Source: Eledone cirrhosa
Lineage: Eukaryota
Assembly (NCBI GenBank): GCA_964016885.1
Contig: OZ024743.1
Span: 264,058,001 to 264,122,000, forward strand
Length of the DNA: 64,000 bases
Direction: 5' to 3'
The first letter of the stretch is position 1; each line of letters starts with the position of its first letter. Shown here piece by piece: positions 1 through 13,244 of the stretch. A program made the translations under genes and the position numbers. The notes under the pieces were generated by a model. The model saw only the letters and a list, made by a program, of their open reading frames with translations, had not been told where the DNA came from and ran no database searches.

Positions 1-600
1 TTGTTCGGTCTTCCACTTAAGTCTATCTTAGCAGGAACATGAGCAGTAATTTACTTGTCTGATTAATCGACCTTATGGTTTTGCAATTCTGGCAGAGTCT
101 TAAGCTGCCCTTCTCAAGAATGGTTATTTCAACGATTAGATCCAATATTTTGGCAATAGTTTCATCTACCAAATTTTCAGACAAGCAACTTTCTCTCATA
201 ATGTGCTTTGTTTCACCGTATTTATGAAATCTGTTTGGTTGTTGTTAAGTGCTCAGGATGTTACTTCATTCTGCGCATCTTCGATATTCTCCTCGTGTAT
301 TGGAGCATCTGCAATCTCTCATTAACTGATGTTACGATTGCCTAAGGTGTTGTTTATATAAATGAATTGTTTATTCCTGAATAAGACGTCGCAGTACTCA
401 AAATTATTCTGATAACAGCGGCCAATTTCTATTCCAAATTTTAAGTTATTAAACTGTATTCTTGTCAATTTCTTGGTTTCCTTAACTTTCCTTCCGATAT
501 TGTTTGTTATTCACAGAACTGAATTGTTTCTAGGCTTAATGATCTAGGAATGCTGTCTTCGACATGTAGATCATGAGTTTTTTTATTCTTTTCCATAAGA
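1..600 (-). pseudogene. Decayed RTE-clade LINE reverse transcriptase fragment (runs off window start)
   Basis: Minus strand of ~20-135 translates to ITILEKGSLRLCQNCKTIRSINQTSKLLL, a degenerate 'IPKKG..L..C.NYRTISL' RT entry motif. Stops are present and the upstream boundary is approximate. Confidence 0.6.
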
Positions 601-757
601 CTTCTAGAGCTGACCTATGAAATGCTTCCTTGATGTTTTCATCGACTGAACACTTTCAAGACGGTGCCCCAGCGTGACCGCAGTCACATGATAGAGATCA
701 ATGAAATAATGATAATAATATGTGTCCACACACAAACCCTCATGTATATATATATAT

Positions 758-762
<5 letters not shown>

Positions 763-827
<65 letters not shown>

Positions 828-877
828 GCGTGCGCGTGTGTGTGCGCGTGTGTGTGCGCGTGTGTGCGTGTGTGTGT
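763..877. repeat. (TG)n/(CG) microsatellite
   Basis: Direct reading; source of the spurious CV/HT ORFs. Confidence 0.95.
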
Positions 878-2195
878 ATGCATAAGTCTGTGTGGAATGA
901 AGTAACAACTATTGCAGAAATATTTCAGGCCAGTAAGCAAGTCAGAGACATTTGATACGAAAGAAAACCTACGAGTGCGCAAATTCTGCAGCTGACACAG
1001 AAAATAAATGGTACCACTGTTTTCTTTTCCTTTTTCTATGTGATTTTTTTCTTCTTCTTAACTTCGCTTAACTGTGGTTACCATTCTGTCTCTCCAACAG
1101 AGTTCAGGCAGTTTCTATTAGCTGTCATTTGATACGTCACTACAGCCTATTTAAAGCTAACATCCTTCTCTTCAAATATTCGGATTTCATACATTAGTAT
1201 AATATGGTTTATAGTGTTAGGAGTGTTAGAACGTTAATTTTTTTTTTTGTACATATAGTTTTATAAGGTTAGGAGTGTTAGTTAGAACATTCAGTTTTAT
1301 TTCAGTGCGTTATTTTACTAATGTGGACCACCTGACTCGAAATCAACTGGATTCCTTATTGGTAAACTTACAGCAATATCACCATACATCCCTATATATA
1401 GAAGATACAATAAGTACAACCAGTATGAGGGAGATATCTAAGATGACATTGCCTTTTGGAATTTTCGGAGTTGTACTCAATCTGAGATCATATATCGAAA
1501 ATCAAACATTTATGTCATTGAAAAATCATTATAGCCATTAATATGCAAACACACATAGAAACCCTCACCACACTCATAGCCAAGTTGTCATTTTCACTTT
1601 TCATATATTTTGTGGCATGTTAAATTTTTCTACGCATTACTGCAAACTGTTGCCTGACACAATTGCATCATATCTCCTTCCAAACTGTTATATAACGATA
1701 ATTAGTACGTTGACCATCTACTTGCTTAACTAATGCAGGAGTTATGTTTTATCTTTAATGGTGGCGTGGTCCTGGGGGAAAGAGAAAGCGGGAGGTAATC
1801 TTAGACAAAAATCCTACCTCAAATATTTGCAACAGTTTATGCTCTAATGAAAGAGATTCAAGGGCCATGTAGTAATAGTAGTGGTCACGTTAAACTAGGT
1901 GACGGATTAAGTCTACAAACTAAGTACAGTAACCATTCTTCTGACAACGTTCCACATCTTCTATACACAATCATACACACCCGTGTATATATATATAACG
2001 AAGGAGGTGTGGTAAGGAACCAGATGGACCATAACGTACCCGAGTATTCAATACTTAGGGTAGTATAGTGGGTAATAGGAAAATGCTTCACCCCGACGGC
2101 AGAGCTGAAGCCGTTTCGACGGCTATATCTGGACTAAATTAGAATTTTTAGCGTGTTAAATACATAGCCGAACTTTTTAAGGGGTAATTCCTTAT

Positions 2196-4226
2196 ATGGT
2201 AAGATTCCCAGTTCCACCGAGAAAACTTTACCTTCGGATGCGCATGCAAAAAATCGACCTGTTTGCGAAAAGACTGAGATGGAGAACATTTTTCTACGAT
2301 AGTTACCGCGACAACCAGGACTTTGACACCAAGGAGAGATTCGGATTCAATATGTACACATCTCCCCCACCGAACCCTATGCTCTCACCCTTCAAGAACG
2401 ACCTCTTCCACCTGGTCAACGGTATAAAATTCAAACCCAGACACAACCAATTCCTACAACAACTCCGTAGCAAAATAACGGAGTATGAAAGCACCAACGA
2501 CATCCTAGTGCATTCGGACAAAACTGGAAACCTCTATTTCGTCAACCCTGACAGATACCACACACTGATCAGGAGGAGCCTGAACTCCATCTACAAAAAG
2601 GCTAACCATTCAATAATCGATGACATAAATCTAGATGGACAACAAATTACCTCCAGCCTCGGGGTCGCCGACCGCACTGAACCCCTCGATCCACGGACTC
2701 CCTACTTCACCCTAAAGGACCAAAAATCCGACTTCGACCGCAAGTCATCCTTCAGGCTAATAAACCCGACGAAGTCGGACATAGGGAGAATATGTAAAAA
2801 GATCCTAGACCGCGTTATACCAAAAGTTAAGCAAAATGCGAGACTTAGCCTTTGGGTCTAGTTCGACATAGAGAGTTACTACGCCTCTATTACCTTACCG
2901 CTCCTTACGGCCGCTTTGGACTTTGCCAAAATACGCACACCAATAAACGACCAGGAAAGAAACATCCTTCTCCACGCCAGGAAGACAGTCCTCCTTTTCG
3001 ATAACTCCAAGTGGATAAAGATAACTCCCGACTCCCCCTTCGACGTAAGTATGGGCGCGACCGACTCGGCCGAGGTGACCGATTTTATAGGATTGTTCCT
3101 ACTATATAAACACACCGAAATGTTTCCTGCATTCGACGTTGAATTGTACCGAGACGATGGGCTCCTTACCCTCAAAGGGTACAACCCCAGCAGTACGGGC
3201 CGTGTCCGTAAGCAATTAATCAACTTCTTCTGGGACTGGGGATTTATAATCACCCTACAAACGTCCCTAACACAAGTCAATTTCCTAGACGTTACCCTCA
3301 ACCTCGAAAATGATCTGTACTACCCATACAGGAAACCAAACAACAACCTGCACTACATCCACCGCTGCTCTAACCATCCTAGAAACATCACCAAGAACCT
3401 GGTTAAAAATACCTACCTCCGCATATCTCGTTTTTCCGCTAATGAGCAGATATTCGATGAACATGCGCCTCATTACAATCAGGCCCTCTACCGAAGCGGC
3501 TTTCGGGAGGAAATCTCCTTTTATTCAGCTTCCCTTAGCGGAACCAGCAAGCGACGTCGCCGCTCACGCCACGTAACGTGGTTCAATCCTCCCCATAATG
3601 CCGAGGTGGCAACACCTATCGGGAAAATCTTATTTAGTCTCTTCGAAAAACACTTCCCACCGCAACACCGCTACCACAACATAATCAACAAAAACACTAT
3701 CAAACAGCGCCACACCCAACCTCTCACAAAACATCGCCGCCTCAAACAACAAGAAACTCAACTCATATGGAAGAAACAATGTAGACATTAGTGGAGAGCC
3801 GACCAGGAGGTGTAACTGCCCTGATAGATCTAGATGCCCCCTCAACAACAGATGCCGAGAACGTAACGTGATCTACCAATGCAACATGAGGACGGAAACC
3901 TCCAACAAAGCCTATATAGGATTAATCGCTTGTGACTTTAAGACCCCGCTCTACTAACACCGACATACGTTCCGAAACTCGGCCCGGCGACATGCCACTA
4001 CACTTTCGGGTCACATCTGGGACCTCCATGATATTAACATAACATACAATCTTAATTGGAGCTTACTGTCCAGGGCTAACTCCTACACGTCCGTGTAACT
4101 TATGCTCGGAGGAAACAATACAGATGTTGTTTACGAAGGACCAACTCCTAAACAAAAAAGACGAACTGGTGACTGCATGTAAATACCGATTGCATAGGAC
4201 TTACCTCGCCCTCAAACCCCCTCATG
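2196..4226 (+). pseudogene. PLE polyprotein: reverse transcriptase plus GIY-YIG endonuclease, disrupted
   Basis: Motifs KRLRWRTFF, SDKTGNLY, FTLKD, RLINPTKSDIG, FDVSMGA, YRDDG, NFLDVTL, WFNPP, then CNC..RCPL and VIYQC..KAYIG. Several stops and frameshifts. Confidence 0.92.
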
Positions 4227-4877
4227 ACCCGGGTGGGTAGACAATGGCTGCAGCATCCTCCTTTTCCCAGCTTGCCGAACAAGATAGGGGAAACCCCAGT
4301 TAACATAGGTGGATGTACTTCTTTTCTTTTCCTTTTACTTTTCTTCTTCCCTTTATCTCTTCCTATCACTTCCTTCCACCCCCTATCTCTTCCTTTTCCT
4401 TTTTCCTCTTACGCCTACCCCGAGGCAGTCCATCGGGATTTTGTAGTCTCAGTAACCCGACCCCAGTAAATTATATATATCATTTGCCGAAAACGCAATA
4501 CCAACTAAGTATAGCAGCTGCTTTAGACTCTAGAGATTTTTTTTATTACTTTTTACTTTCCAATTTTATTATTTTTATATATTTTTTAATTTATTTATTA
4601 TCTTCTAATCTCAATTTATTAACCTATTCTATAATGTCCCCCATCTATTTTTTAACAGAATCCTTTTTCGCCTGCTTCCTATCTAGCCTACACACTCCTT
4701 AGAATTTGCTGTATAGAATTAACTTTCAACGCTTGACCGGCTCCACCCACTCTCTCATTGTTCTACAGGCAAGTTCAGCTAACGCCACATCCCACCCACT
4801 CCCATGAAAGATTTAATTGTGTTTACAAGAAATGTTGACCAATCCTTTTGATAACTACAATCTGCCCATATAAGGAA

Positions 4878-4977
4878 TTAACCCTTGAAGAGTTCGGTTA
4901 TTTATTTACCACGCTAAAATTTCTAATTTAGTCCAGAAATAGCCGTCGAAACGGCTTGAACTCTGCCGTCGGGTTGA
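4878..4977 (+). ncRNA. Type I hammerhead ribozyme in PLE pLTR (U3 core variant)
   Basis: TTAACCC-TTGAAGA-long stem II (CGGTTATTT/AAATAGCCG)-GAAA-CGGC(ttgaactct)GCCG-TC^GGGTTGA. A more decayed antisense copy lies in the left arm at ~2087-2187. Confidence 0.75.
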
Positions 4978-4981
4978 AACA

Positions 4982-5035
<54 letters not shown>

Positions 5036-5060
5036 AACACACACACACATATATTTATAT

Positions 5061-5211
5061 ATAACAAAGGAATTGTGGTAAGGAACAAGATAGACCATAA
5101 CGCACCAGAGTACTCAATACTTAGGGTGTAGAGTGGGAAATAGGAAAACGTATGACAGAAATAAACGTTGAAAGGGCTTGAGCTCTGCCGTCGGGGTCAT
5201 ACTTTTTCCTA
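5061..5211. mobile_element. Miniature inverted remnant of the same PLE family (pLTR ends only)
   Basis: 5061-5150 resembles 1996-2085, and 5170-5211 resembles the HHR 3' half at 4948-4987. Flanked by (TA)n. Confidence 0.8.
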
Positions 5212-5223
5212 TATATATATATA

Positions 5224-5715
5224 GGATAAAAGAGAAAACACAGGTAAGCATTAGAAAAGGATTTTATCCAGGTATTTACGACCGTTTCATTGGTAAGTGC
5301 AACCTTATATGGCTATACTGCAAATAGCAGCCACTCAATAATAATTGTTGTTCACGTCCAAATTTTCAAAATAGTGAATAAGTTACTCTTAAAGAGTTCT
5401 TAATATATAGAAAAATATTTTTTTAAAATTGTATTTACTAGTATAGGGAGAGAGAAAAAGGAAATAGAAAGTGGATTGACAAACGGAGTAGTATAGAGAG
5501 AGAGGAATGAGTAGAAGAATTAGGAAGTAGAGTGACGACAAACTGAGATGGAGGGAGGGGTAGAGGTGGAAGGATTCCTCGATGAGTTTTGATTCGTACG
5601 AACAATTTTCTGCTCCCCTAACTATATACAAATATATTACACAGAGAGAAGTGTGTTACACAGTGAGATGTGTGTAAAGAATTATTACATGTGAGAATAC
5701 TCTAATTCCGATGCT
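5224..5715 (-). mobile_element. Antisense PLE pLTR fragment with HHR-like motif (5273-5373)
   Basis: Minus strand reads TATT-TTGAAAA-~75 nt-GAAA-CGGTCG-TA^AATA. Bounded by (TA)n; right limit uncertain. Confidence 0.5.
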
Positions 5716-5730
5716 TGTATATATATATAT

Positions 5731-7380
5731 AATTCAAGAAAAAAGAGTGACATGGTTCGCTATACAATAAGGGCTTTATTCACATTGCTGACAATTGTTT
5801 CTTCGATCTGTGCATATACCATCTTTTTTTTAAAAAGATCGTATGTGTACAGACATTCAATGAAAAACCGTGCACTGGTAAATTCTACAACCCTCGCCAA
5901 TAATATCTGGCAACTTAAGGACAACAACCTTGATTACAATATTAGCTGGTCGAAATTGGTGGCCGCTAAGTCCTATAGCAGTGGTATGTCCCATTGCGGA
6001 CTCTACAACCTTGAATTGCTGCATATCTTAAGGAGGGATAAAATGCTACTCAACAGCAAAATAGAAAGGTCAATTTTCTGCAGACATAGGATTGCTATTA
6101 AATTCGCGAGATTTAAACCACCGTAATTCGAACCAACATCACTTCGGATTTAAGATTTGACATCCGCATTCCCATACAGCCCACTACAGAACATAACCTT
6201 CTATAAACTCCTTCTAGCCTCCCTAATTCTATACCACTGGGATATGTCTACAACTATCTCATCAGCCCATAAATCAATCCCATCTTTGCTGTTGTTCACT
6301 CCTTAGGACCAAACAATTATATCTCACATTAGCACTCATGATCTATAACAGATGAACTTAATTCTAAGTACATTATCTTATTACTCCTACACTCCTTTAA
6401 ATCTCACTTTCCTCTTATTATTATTATGAACATCTCAATGTATCCCTAATATTATTCATCATGTTCTCTATAACTACCATGCATATTTTACTATTTTATT
6501 ACCTGTATTGTCTCTACTATTGTTGCTATTATTATTGTTTATTTATACACGATTGGTTATTGATGTTGTGAAAACTAAACCCCCATGATTCGAACTAACA
6601 ATCCCTACTTTTATTATAGGCTACTTAAATAACGAATCTACAACTCCACTTAACACCACATAAAAACTATCATTATCACGAAAATCTTTATCTGTCAGAC
6701 AATAAGGAAATCCCCGGTTTATTGCCAGCACACCTACAGCAAAGCACACACCTCAAATCATGACCCCAAGTACATTTTAGTTGTCACTGCTATATCTCCG
6801 CCACCTTAACACTATATCTAACGTACCCTATAGCAGTTCTCACATGTCAATTTCATACATCTGTATAATATCAGTTCGTTTAACATGCTAAATTCATCAT
6901 TATACTCTATTTCTTACTTATATTGATGTTATTATTTTAACTATTCACTATCTAGTTATTTTATTTTATTATTGATATTATTGTCCTGGTTTAATACCAC
7001 TCCTATATAAAAGCCATGCCTTGTGTATATTCTTCCCTTTCGCGTGCTTCGATGAAAACAACTGGTTATAAACAAAGTATTGGAGATCGATTGATGCAAA
7101 ATCAGGCGAGTAGCGAACTCTAGACCTACCAGATCGAAGAAACAATTGTCAGCAATGTGAATAAAGCCCTTATTGTATAGCGAACCATGTCACTCTTTTT
7201 TCTTGAATTGTTATTACTCCAAGTATAAATTACTTAGAAATCACCGCGAACTCGCAGAACACTATGGAAACGTCTTGTTGAGTCAAACTAAGTCACACGT
7301 TAATACTATCCACTCCACAGAGTACTCTAACTGGACTACATCTAAGTGGACTGCCTATAACGATAACCTGTTATCCTGTA
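5731..7380 (+). mobile_element. 5'-truncated PLE (GIY-YIG C-terminus) with inverted pLTR and 3' tail
   Basis: 5731-5810 is the reverse complement of 7130-7209. ORF part RHSMKNRALVNSTTLANNIWQLK..ISWS..LLNSKIE..CRHR is a PLE endonuclease end. HHR-like motif at 7045-7154 (TGCT-TCGATGA..GAAA-CAATTG-TC^AGCA). Confidence 0.85.
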
Positions 7381-7396
7381 TATATATATATATATT

Positions 7397-7852
7397 AGTA
7401 AAAAGGAAAAGAAAATGCTGACAAATTTTTCCCAGTGAAAAATAGTTTAATTAGGAATAAGTATAAATTAGTAATAAGTATTAGTTAGTATTCAGTTTTA
7501 GTTTTAAGTTTTTACCGGTTGCGCATTTTTTATGCTTTTCAAAAATAATTTTGAGATAGAGTGCTCGTGATTTTTGCTCTAATCTGATCAGTTTTGGAAA
7601 TTCTTCCTGTTTTATGTGAAAAAAGTGGCTTGGGTGGTATTAAGATTTGGTTGGTTGTTGAATGTCACGTAAATAAGCACTATTTCGCGCCAATTCTTGT
7701 TGCAAAAATTCTTGTAGTCAAAACAATTTTGATTGGTCGGTAGAAGTCACGGGAAAGTTTCAATTGATTTTAGCGTGAGCTGGTTTCGCGCCAACTGTAG
7801 GTGTGTCGAAGAGTGTCCTTTTCCGCTTGATTGAGTTGCAGTCATGAGAGAT

Positions 7853-7856
<4 letters not shown>
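7397..7856 (-). mobile_element. PLE pLTR-like fragment with variant HHR motif (7510-7545)
   Basis: 7397-7590 is homologous to 35163-35348. Flanked by (TA)n. Confidence 0.6.
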
Positions 7857-7888
<32 letters not shown>

Positions 7889-8022
7889 TGGAATTATGGA
7901 ATAGGTCTTTGACGACGGCTAGATACTACAGTAGAATTTTAAGGATCAGGAATATGTACTGCTGCTTCAACTAGTACATATATGCGATCTATGTAGGTTG
8001 GTAGACAGATAGATAGATAGAT

Positions 8023-8080
<58 letters not shown>

Positions 8081-8289
8081 TGATTAGAATAATATCTGTA
8101 GTGTGACACTATAGTGATTATTCCTATATCCCGGTATTTAATTATTGGTGACTCTATATTGATATAGAATCGATCTAAAACTTGTCAGAATTTTATTTTA
8201 GTTCTGTACCATTTCTTCTCTTGCTTATTGTGTATCTCTTTCTCTCTCACTACCTCTCTGCCATTTCGCTCTCACTTCATTTCAATCTC

Positions 8290-8326
8290 TCCCTCACCCC
8301 TCTTTCTCTCTGTCTCTCTTTCTCTC

Positions 8327-8394
<68 letters not shown>

Positions 8395-8405
8395 TCTCTC
8401 TCTCT
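8290..8405. repeat. (CT)n microsatellite; (GA)n also at ~8028-8076
   Basis: Direct reading. Confidence 0.9.
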
Positions 8406-11183
8406 ACCTCACACACACGCTGACGTTTTTCCTCTTTCTCGCTCATTCAGCTTCTTTCGTAATATCATAACACTGACTATTTCTATTGCTCCACTCACAA
8501 GAGCCTAACCCTCCTATATAAGATCACTTGAGGATTGTAGAATTTCCAAATCCTTGCTCTTATAGTTATTGTTGTTACTACCGCTACTATATTGACTGCT
8601 TCTGTTTTTATTATCATTTATGAAATTGCATCAAATACATCTGGGGATCATTTCTTATAACTTGAAACTTTCACGATGAAATTTTGGATTGATTAGCAAA
8701 AATAGGATTACTGCATAGTAAAGTTTCCATAACATGGGATATATCCTTCAGTAATTTGACAAGCTAAACTAAGCTATCGGCTAATTAATTATAAACGAGT
8801 CCAGTTGTTGAGTCATTTATTATGAAGGTTGAATGTCAAAAGTCATAAAGCGACAGAATAACATAGCTGTACAATCTGACCCTTTACCTTCTCAGTACAC
8901 ATATAGTTGAACGAATTTTAAGACAAAAACCCCTTTTAGGGTCATTAAGCTTCTTTGCAGACATCGTTTTAGATTAATCAATCAATTTTAGCAAGTAGAG
9001 AGACAAGACGTAGTTGTCATAACGACTGCGGGTAGTGTACATTTTCAGTCAGAGTATCTTATACTCATTTTGATGAGGCTGCTGCTACATAAATTACCTA
9101 GTCAAACGCTTGAATATCAAAAAGCTGAAATTAAATTCAGTCATATCTGCACTAACAAGAACATTCCACGCAGGACTGGAAAATACTTCCAACCAATGTA
9201 ATGCAGACGTTCTTAAAAGAAAACAGTAACAAATGTAATCACCAATAACTAAAGAGAACTGACGAGTACTTGAGAAGTATTTAAAATGTAAAATATTGAT
9301 CAGTTTCATAAAAAAATAAAAAAGTATATTTTCTGTGAAATTTTCTAAAAAGTCGTTTTTCCAGACAACTCTGTCCATGCAGTTTCCCAGTTACACAATG
9401 AAATGAAAAGCATTTTATGAATTATCAGCGAATAATCTGACATAGTGTGCAATTTAATCAGTGTTCGATGGAGTATTTATTACACAATTGTTTATTATAG
9501 TTTTCCCGGCTGCAAAGCGTTATGTTCAGAGAGTATGAATTCTCTGCAGTATGTTGTCAAGTACAATATATGTCCTTGAAAAAATTTGTCAATGTCAAAT
9601 TTTTATACGATAGTTTGAAGAAAGCATTCATACATTTATGCAACTGATTTCTCAAGACTATAACAATTTATGGTGTCTAGATACCAGCAAAAGAATCATT
9701 GTTAATTATTAATCAGTCTGATCTCGGGGAAAGTTTTTTCAACGGAAACAACGCCACAATCAGACAACCAGAATTCCACATTTTGTCGAGAATTTTATAT
9801 ATTTAGATCAAGCTGTTTAATATGTTAGCGAATGGAAAAAAAACAATGGTATATATGGCGGCTCACAAGAATCCATTTAGGAATATTTCCTGTAATGTCT
9901 GTGTGAATTTACAGAACTGTGCAAATTCAGCAAACTAGTAGAAAAAGATAGATCATCAAACGAAATGTTTCGTGGTATTTATTCTGAATTCTTGCGTTCC
10001 GAGTTTAAATCCTATTAAGTTTAACTTTGCCTTTCATCCTTTCTAGAGGTGTGATATGCGGAATCTTTACAGTGTCTTACATTGTCTTTAAGGTACCAAC
10101 CAATTGCTTTATAAGGTGAAATTAGTTTCATGGAGAGTGAAATATTTGACGAAATGTTGATAAAGGCGATAACACTACGCAGTAAAATAAACTTCAGTAA
10201 TCTCCGTAATGTGGACCGTTAATGGAGATAAACATTAGTTACTATCAGAAGCACATATGGATAAAACATTAGTTACTATGGTAGGGAAAATGCTCCAAGA
10301 CTATATGATGTGGTTTGAGGCAGATATGACTGTTATTTCTAGTAGGTTGAAAGAGTATAAAAATTCACTTGTTGGTTACTAGGAGGCTGCTGTTCATTCT
10401 ACCGCTGCCGTATTTTCTTACAGTTGTTAATACATGTCACTCAGTCCCAGTTGAGTAGAATGAAGCAGAAATATGCCGATGAACATGGATCAACTTACAC
10501 CCTAACATTCCTCAAGTCTCCAAGACGAACCAGACGCCAACTTTCTCGTGGACGAAATTTCTGCGAGTGTTTAAACTTTATTTTTTTTATATTTTGTATT
10601 TTGGTTTCAGTTTTACGACAGACATCCCATTTCCACGCACCGTCTGAAAGAATATATGGCAGTCACAGATGTTTATATATACATACGCACATATATACAT
10701 ACTTTCCCAAACGCACACGCACACTTTTATATGTATATACATACATACAAACATGGATGCATACATATATACATACGTACAAACATAATACATACATAAA
10801 TACAAACAAACATACCGACATACATATCAATAAAAAGATAGAAAATATTTCTTTTCGTATTTTTTCTTCTATCTACATAAGAGTGTGCGCATGTGTGTGT
10901 GTGTGTATGTGTGTATGTGTGTGAGTGTGTGTGTTTGTATGTGTGCCTGTGTGTGCAAGAAAGTGAGAGAGGCAGAGAAGTGAGAAAAAGCGAGAAGACC
11001 GAAAGAAAAGCTTCTGTGTACTGTGAATAAAAAAAATTAAGAAATACACACGTTCCAGCACAAAACTATATTGCGTGTGAAAAGAGATTGCTATGTGAGT
11101 GAGTGCGCCTGTACATGTGTTAATGTGTATATGTCTGTGTATGTATGTGTATTTATGTGTACATGTGTGTGTGCTTGTGGTTG

Positions 11184-11262
<79 letters not shown>

Positions 11263-11580
11263 TGAATGAAATAAAGAGTGGCTGATGTTTAGCTTTTTGT
11301 TAAAGTAAACTAGTTCTGGAATTGAGTGATAATATTTCGACTTTGAGGAATAAGATAAAAATACGTATATACGCACGCACGTGTCTCTGTGTGTATAGTT
11401 GCGATTGGGTGCATGTATGTGTCACATAAATAAAACAGGGACAAGAAGGAGAATGTAAATAGGGAATTGGGAAGTAAGAGAAATTGAGAAATATAGACGT
11501 AAGAAGGATATATATATAAATTTCGAAAGATATGTATTTTTAATTCGTATTTAGTTAATTAATGCATGTATTTATATAAT

Positions 11581-11766
11581 ATAATTGTTTCTACTTTTGG
11601 CATAAGGCCACCAATTAACCCAGTGCATTACTGGTACTTTATTTTATCGAATCTGTAAGGATGAAAGGCAAAGTTAACCTCGGTGGATTTGAACTCAGAA
11701 CGTAACGGGCCATAGCTCTATCTGCAAATCATGGTGTCTGACGCTCTACCGATACTGCCAAACCCT
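11581..11766 (-). mobile_element. tRNA-derived SINE (Meta/MESC-like central domain)
   Basis: A-box TGGCAGTATCGG, B-box GAGTTCAAATCC, core GCCTTTCATCCTT..GATAAAATAAAGTACCAG, 3' end GTAGAAACAATTAT. Confidence 0.88.
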
Positions 11767-12470
11767 TATATAATGTAATGCGAAAAGAATGCAATGCGAA
11801 ATACAGCGGTATTACGTTTTCGAAAGAAAGTGAATATCTGCGAAAATACATAATTGCTTCATTTTGTCAGATAATAGCCGGGTTATTTATCAATCATCAG
11901 CACATCAATATGGTTTCAAACGCTGGTGGACACATATATCCCTCTCTCAGTGTCCATTGTTTATTATCGAATAACAAACAAAAACAATTAGATCAGAAAT
12001 TAATGATAGGAGTTTCCCCTAGAGTTTTCTTGCTAAAGATTACCTACAAAATAATAGGAGGAAAAGAAAGATTTTGGAGTCTTCCTTTTCCTTATGATTT
12101 TATTACCTACCCTGACACACACACCGGATATTTCTATGCTTCAATATATATATATATATATATATATGAAAACAGGGAGAAAGAGACGATTATTAGGAAG
12201 AAAAAAAAATATATATGTGTCTGATGGTAGCTAAGATGTTTCCATAGGCGGTATGCTGTTTGAGCACTCTATGCTCTTACAGAGCAGAGTATGATACAAT
12301 AGAAAACGAAAAATCAGTGATGGCATCTGAACTCAATTTATTGTGTGTTACAAATGTTTCACCGGCGGACAGCTCAAGACGCGATCATTGTGTGGATCGG
12401 TCTGATTCTGGACCCGCAGGTTCGACGGACACGTCTAATGATTTCGGAGCATATTTTTCGTTTTCTATTC

Positions 12471-12510
<40 letters not shown>

Positions 12511-13244
12511 AAGAGCGGTTTTCTTATACGTTTTTCATATACTAAGTAGTTTGCCAACCAACAGCAGCTATCTCCACATGTGGTGATTTATAGTGCGTGA
12601 CAGATAAACCACATTTTTCTCCCTGCAGTACATACATATAAATACATACACAATAAATACATGCATATTTGCAAATATTGTTTCTAATAAAACATCTGTG
12701 AAACAACGATACACCAGACCAACTATAATTATACGAGAAGGAGCAAAATGTCTTCATATATATATAGAGCGAAAAATATCACAATTCAGCAAATAGGATA
12801 CCTTGATTATGACGTTAGAGTTAAAAACGTAATTATTGCCGGACATATATTAACAACCTCGGCGCCAGTCTTCAAAATAGAGTTTCACAAAACCAGAATT
12901 GTTGAAATTCCGTGGTTTTTAGGATGAGTGCATTAGTTGTTCAAACAAAGGAAGAAACTAATCGTGAATGTAACGTGATAGTGGTTGTGTAAAATCTACA
13001 CATGTGTACATGAGTGACATTATACAGTTGCAGCCAGAATGTTAAAATCTTGTCAAAATGAAAATTGCGAACCTTATTATGTTCGAAAGTTTGTAACAAC
13101 AACGACCATAAAAACAACTACAATAACAGCAACAGAAAACATACCCACATATGTTCACCAGGTCTGAAGACGGAGGAGCAGAAATCTTATTTTCATCACT
13201 TTCGTCTCTCTCTCCCGCTCCCCATCTCTCAGAACTATGAGCAA

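Larger units (their letters stand above)
1996..4987 (+). mobile_element. Near full-length Penelope-like element (PLE) with inverted pseudo-LTRs, in (TA)n
   Basis: Broken RT plus GIY-YIG ORF. ~2075-2199 is the reverse complement of 4866-4987. (TA)n lies on both sides. Confidence 0.92.
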
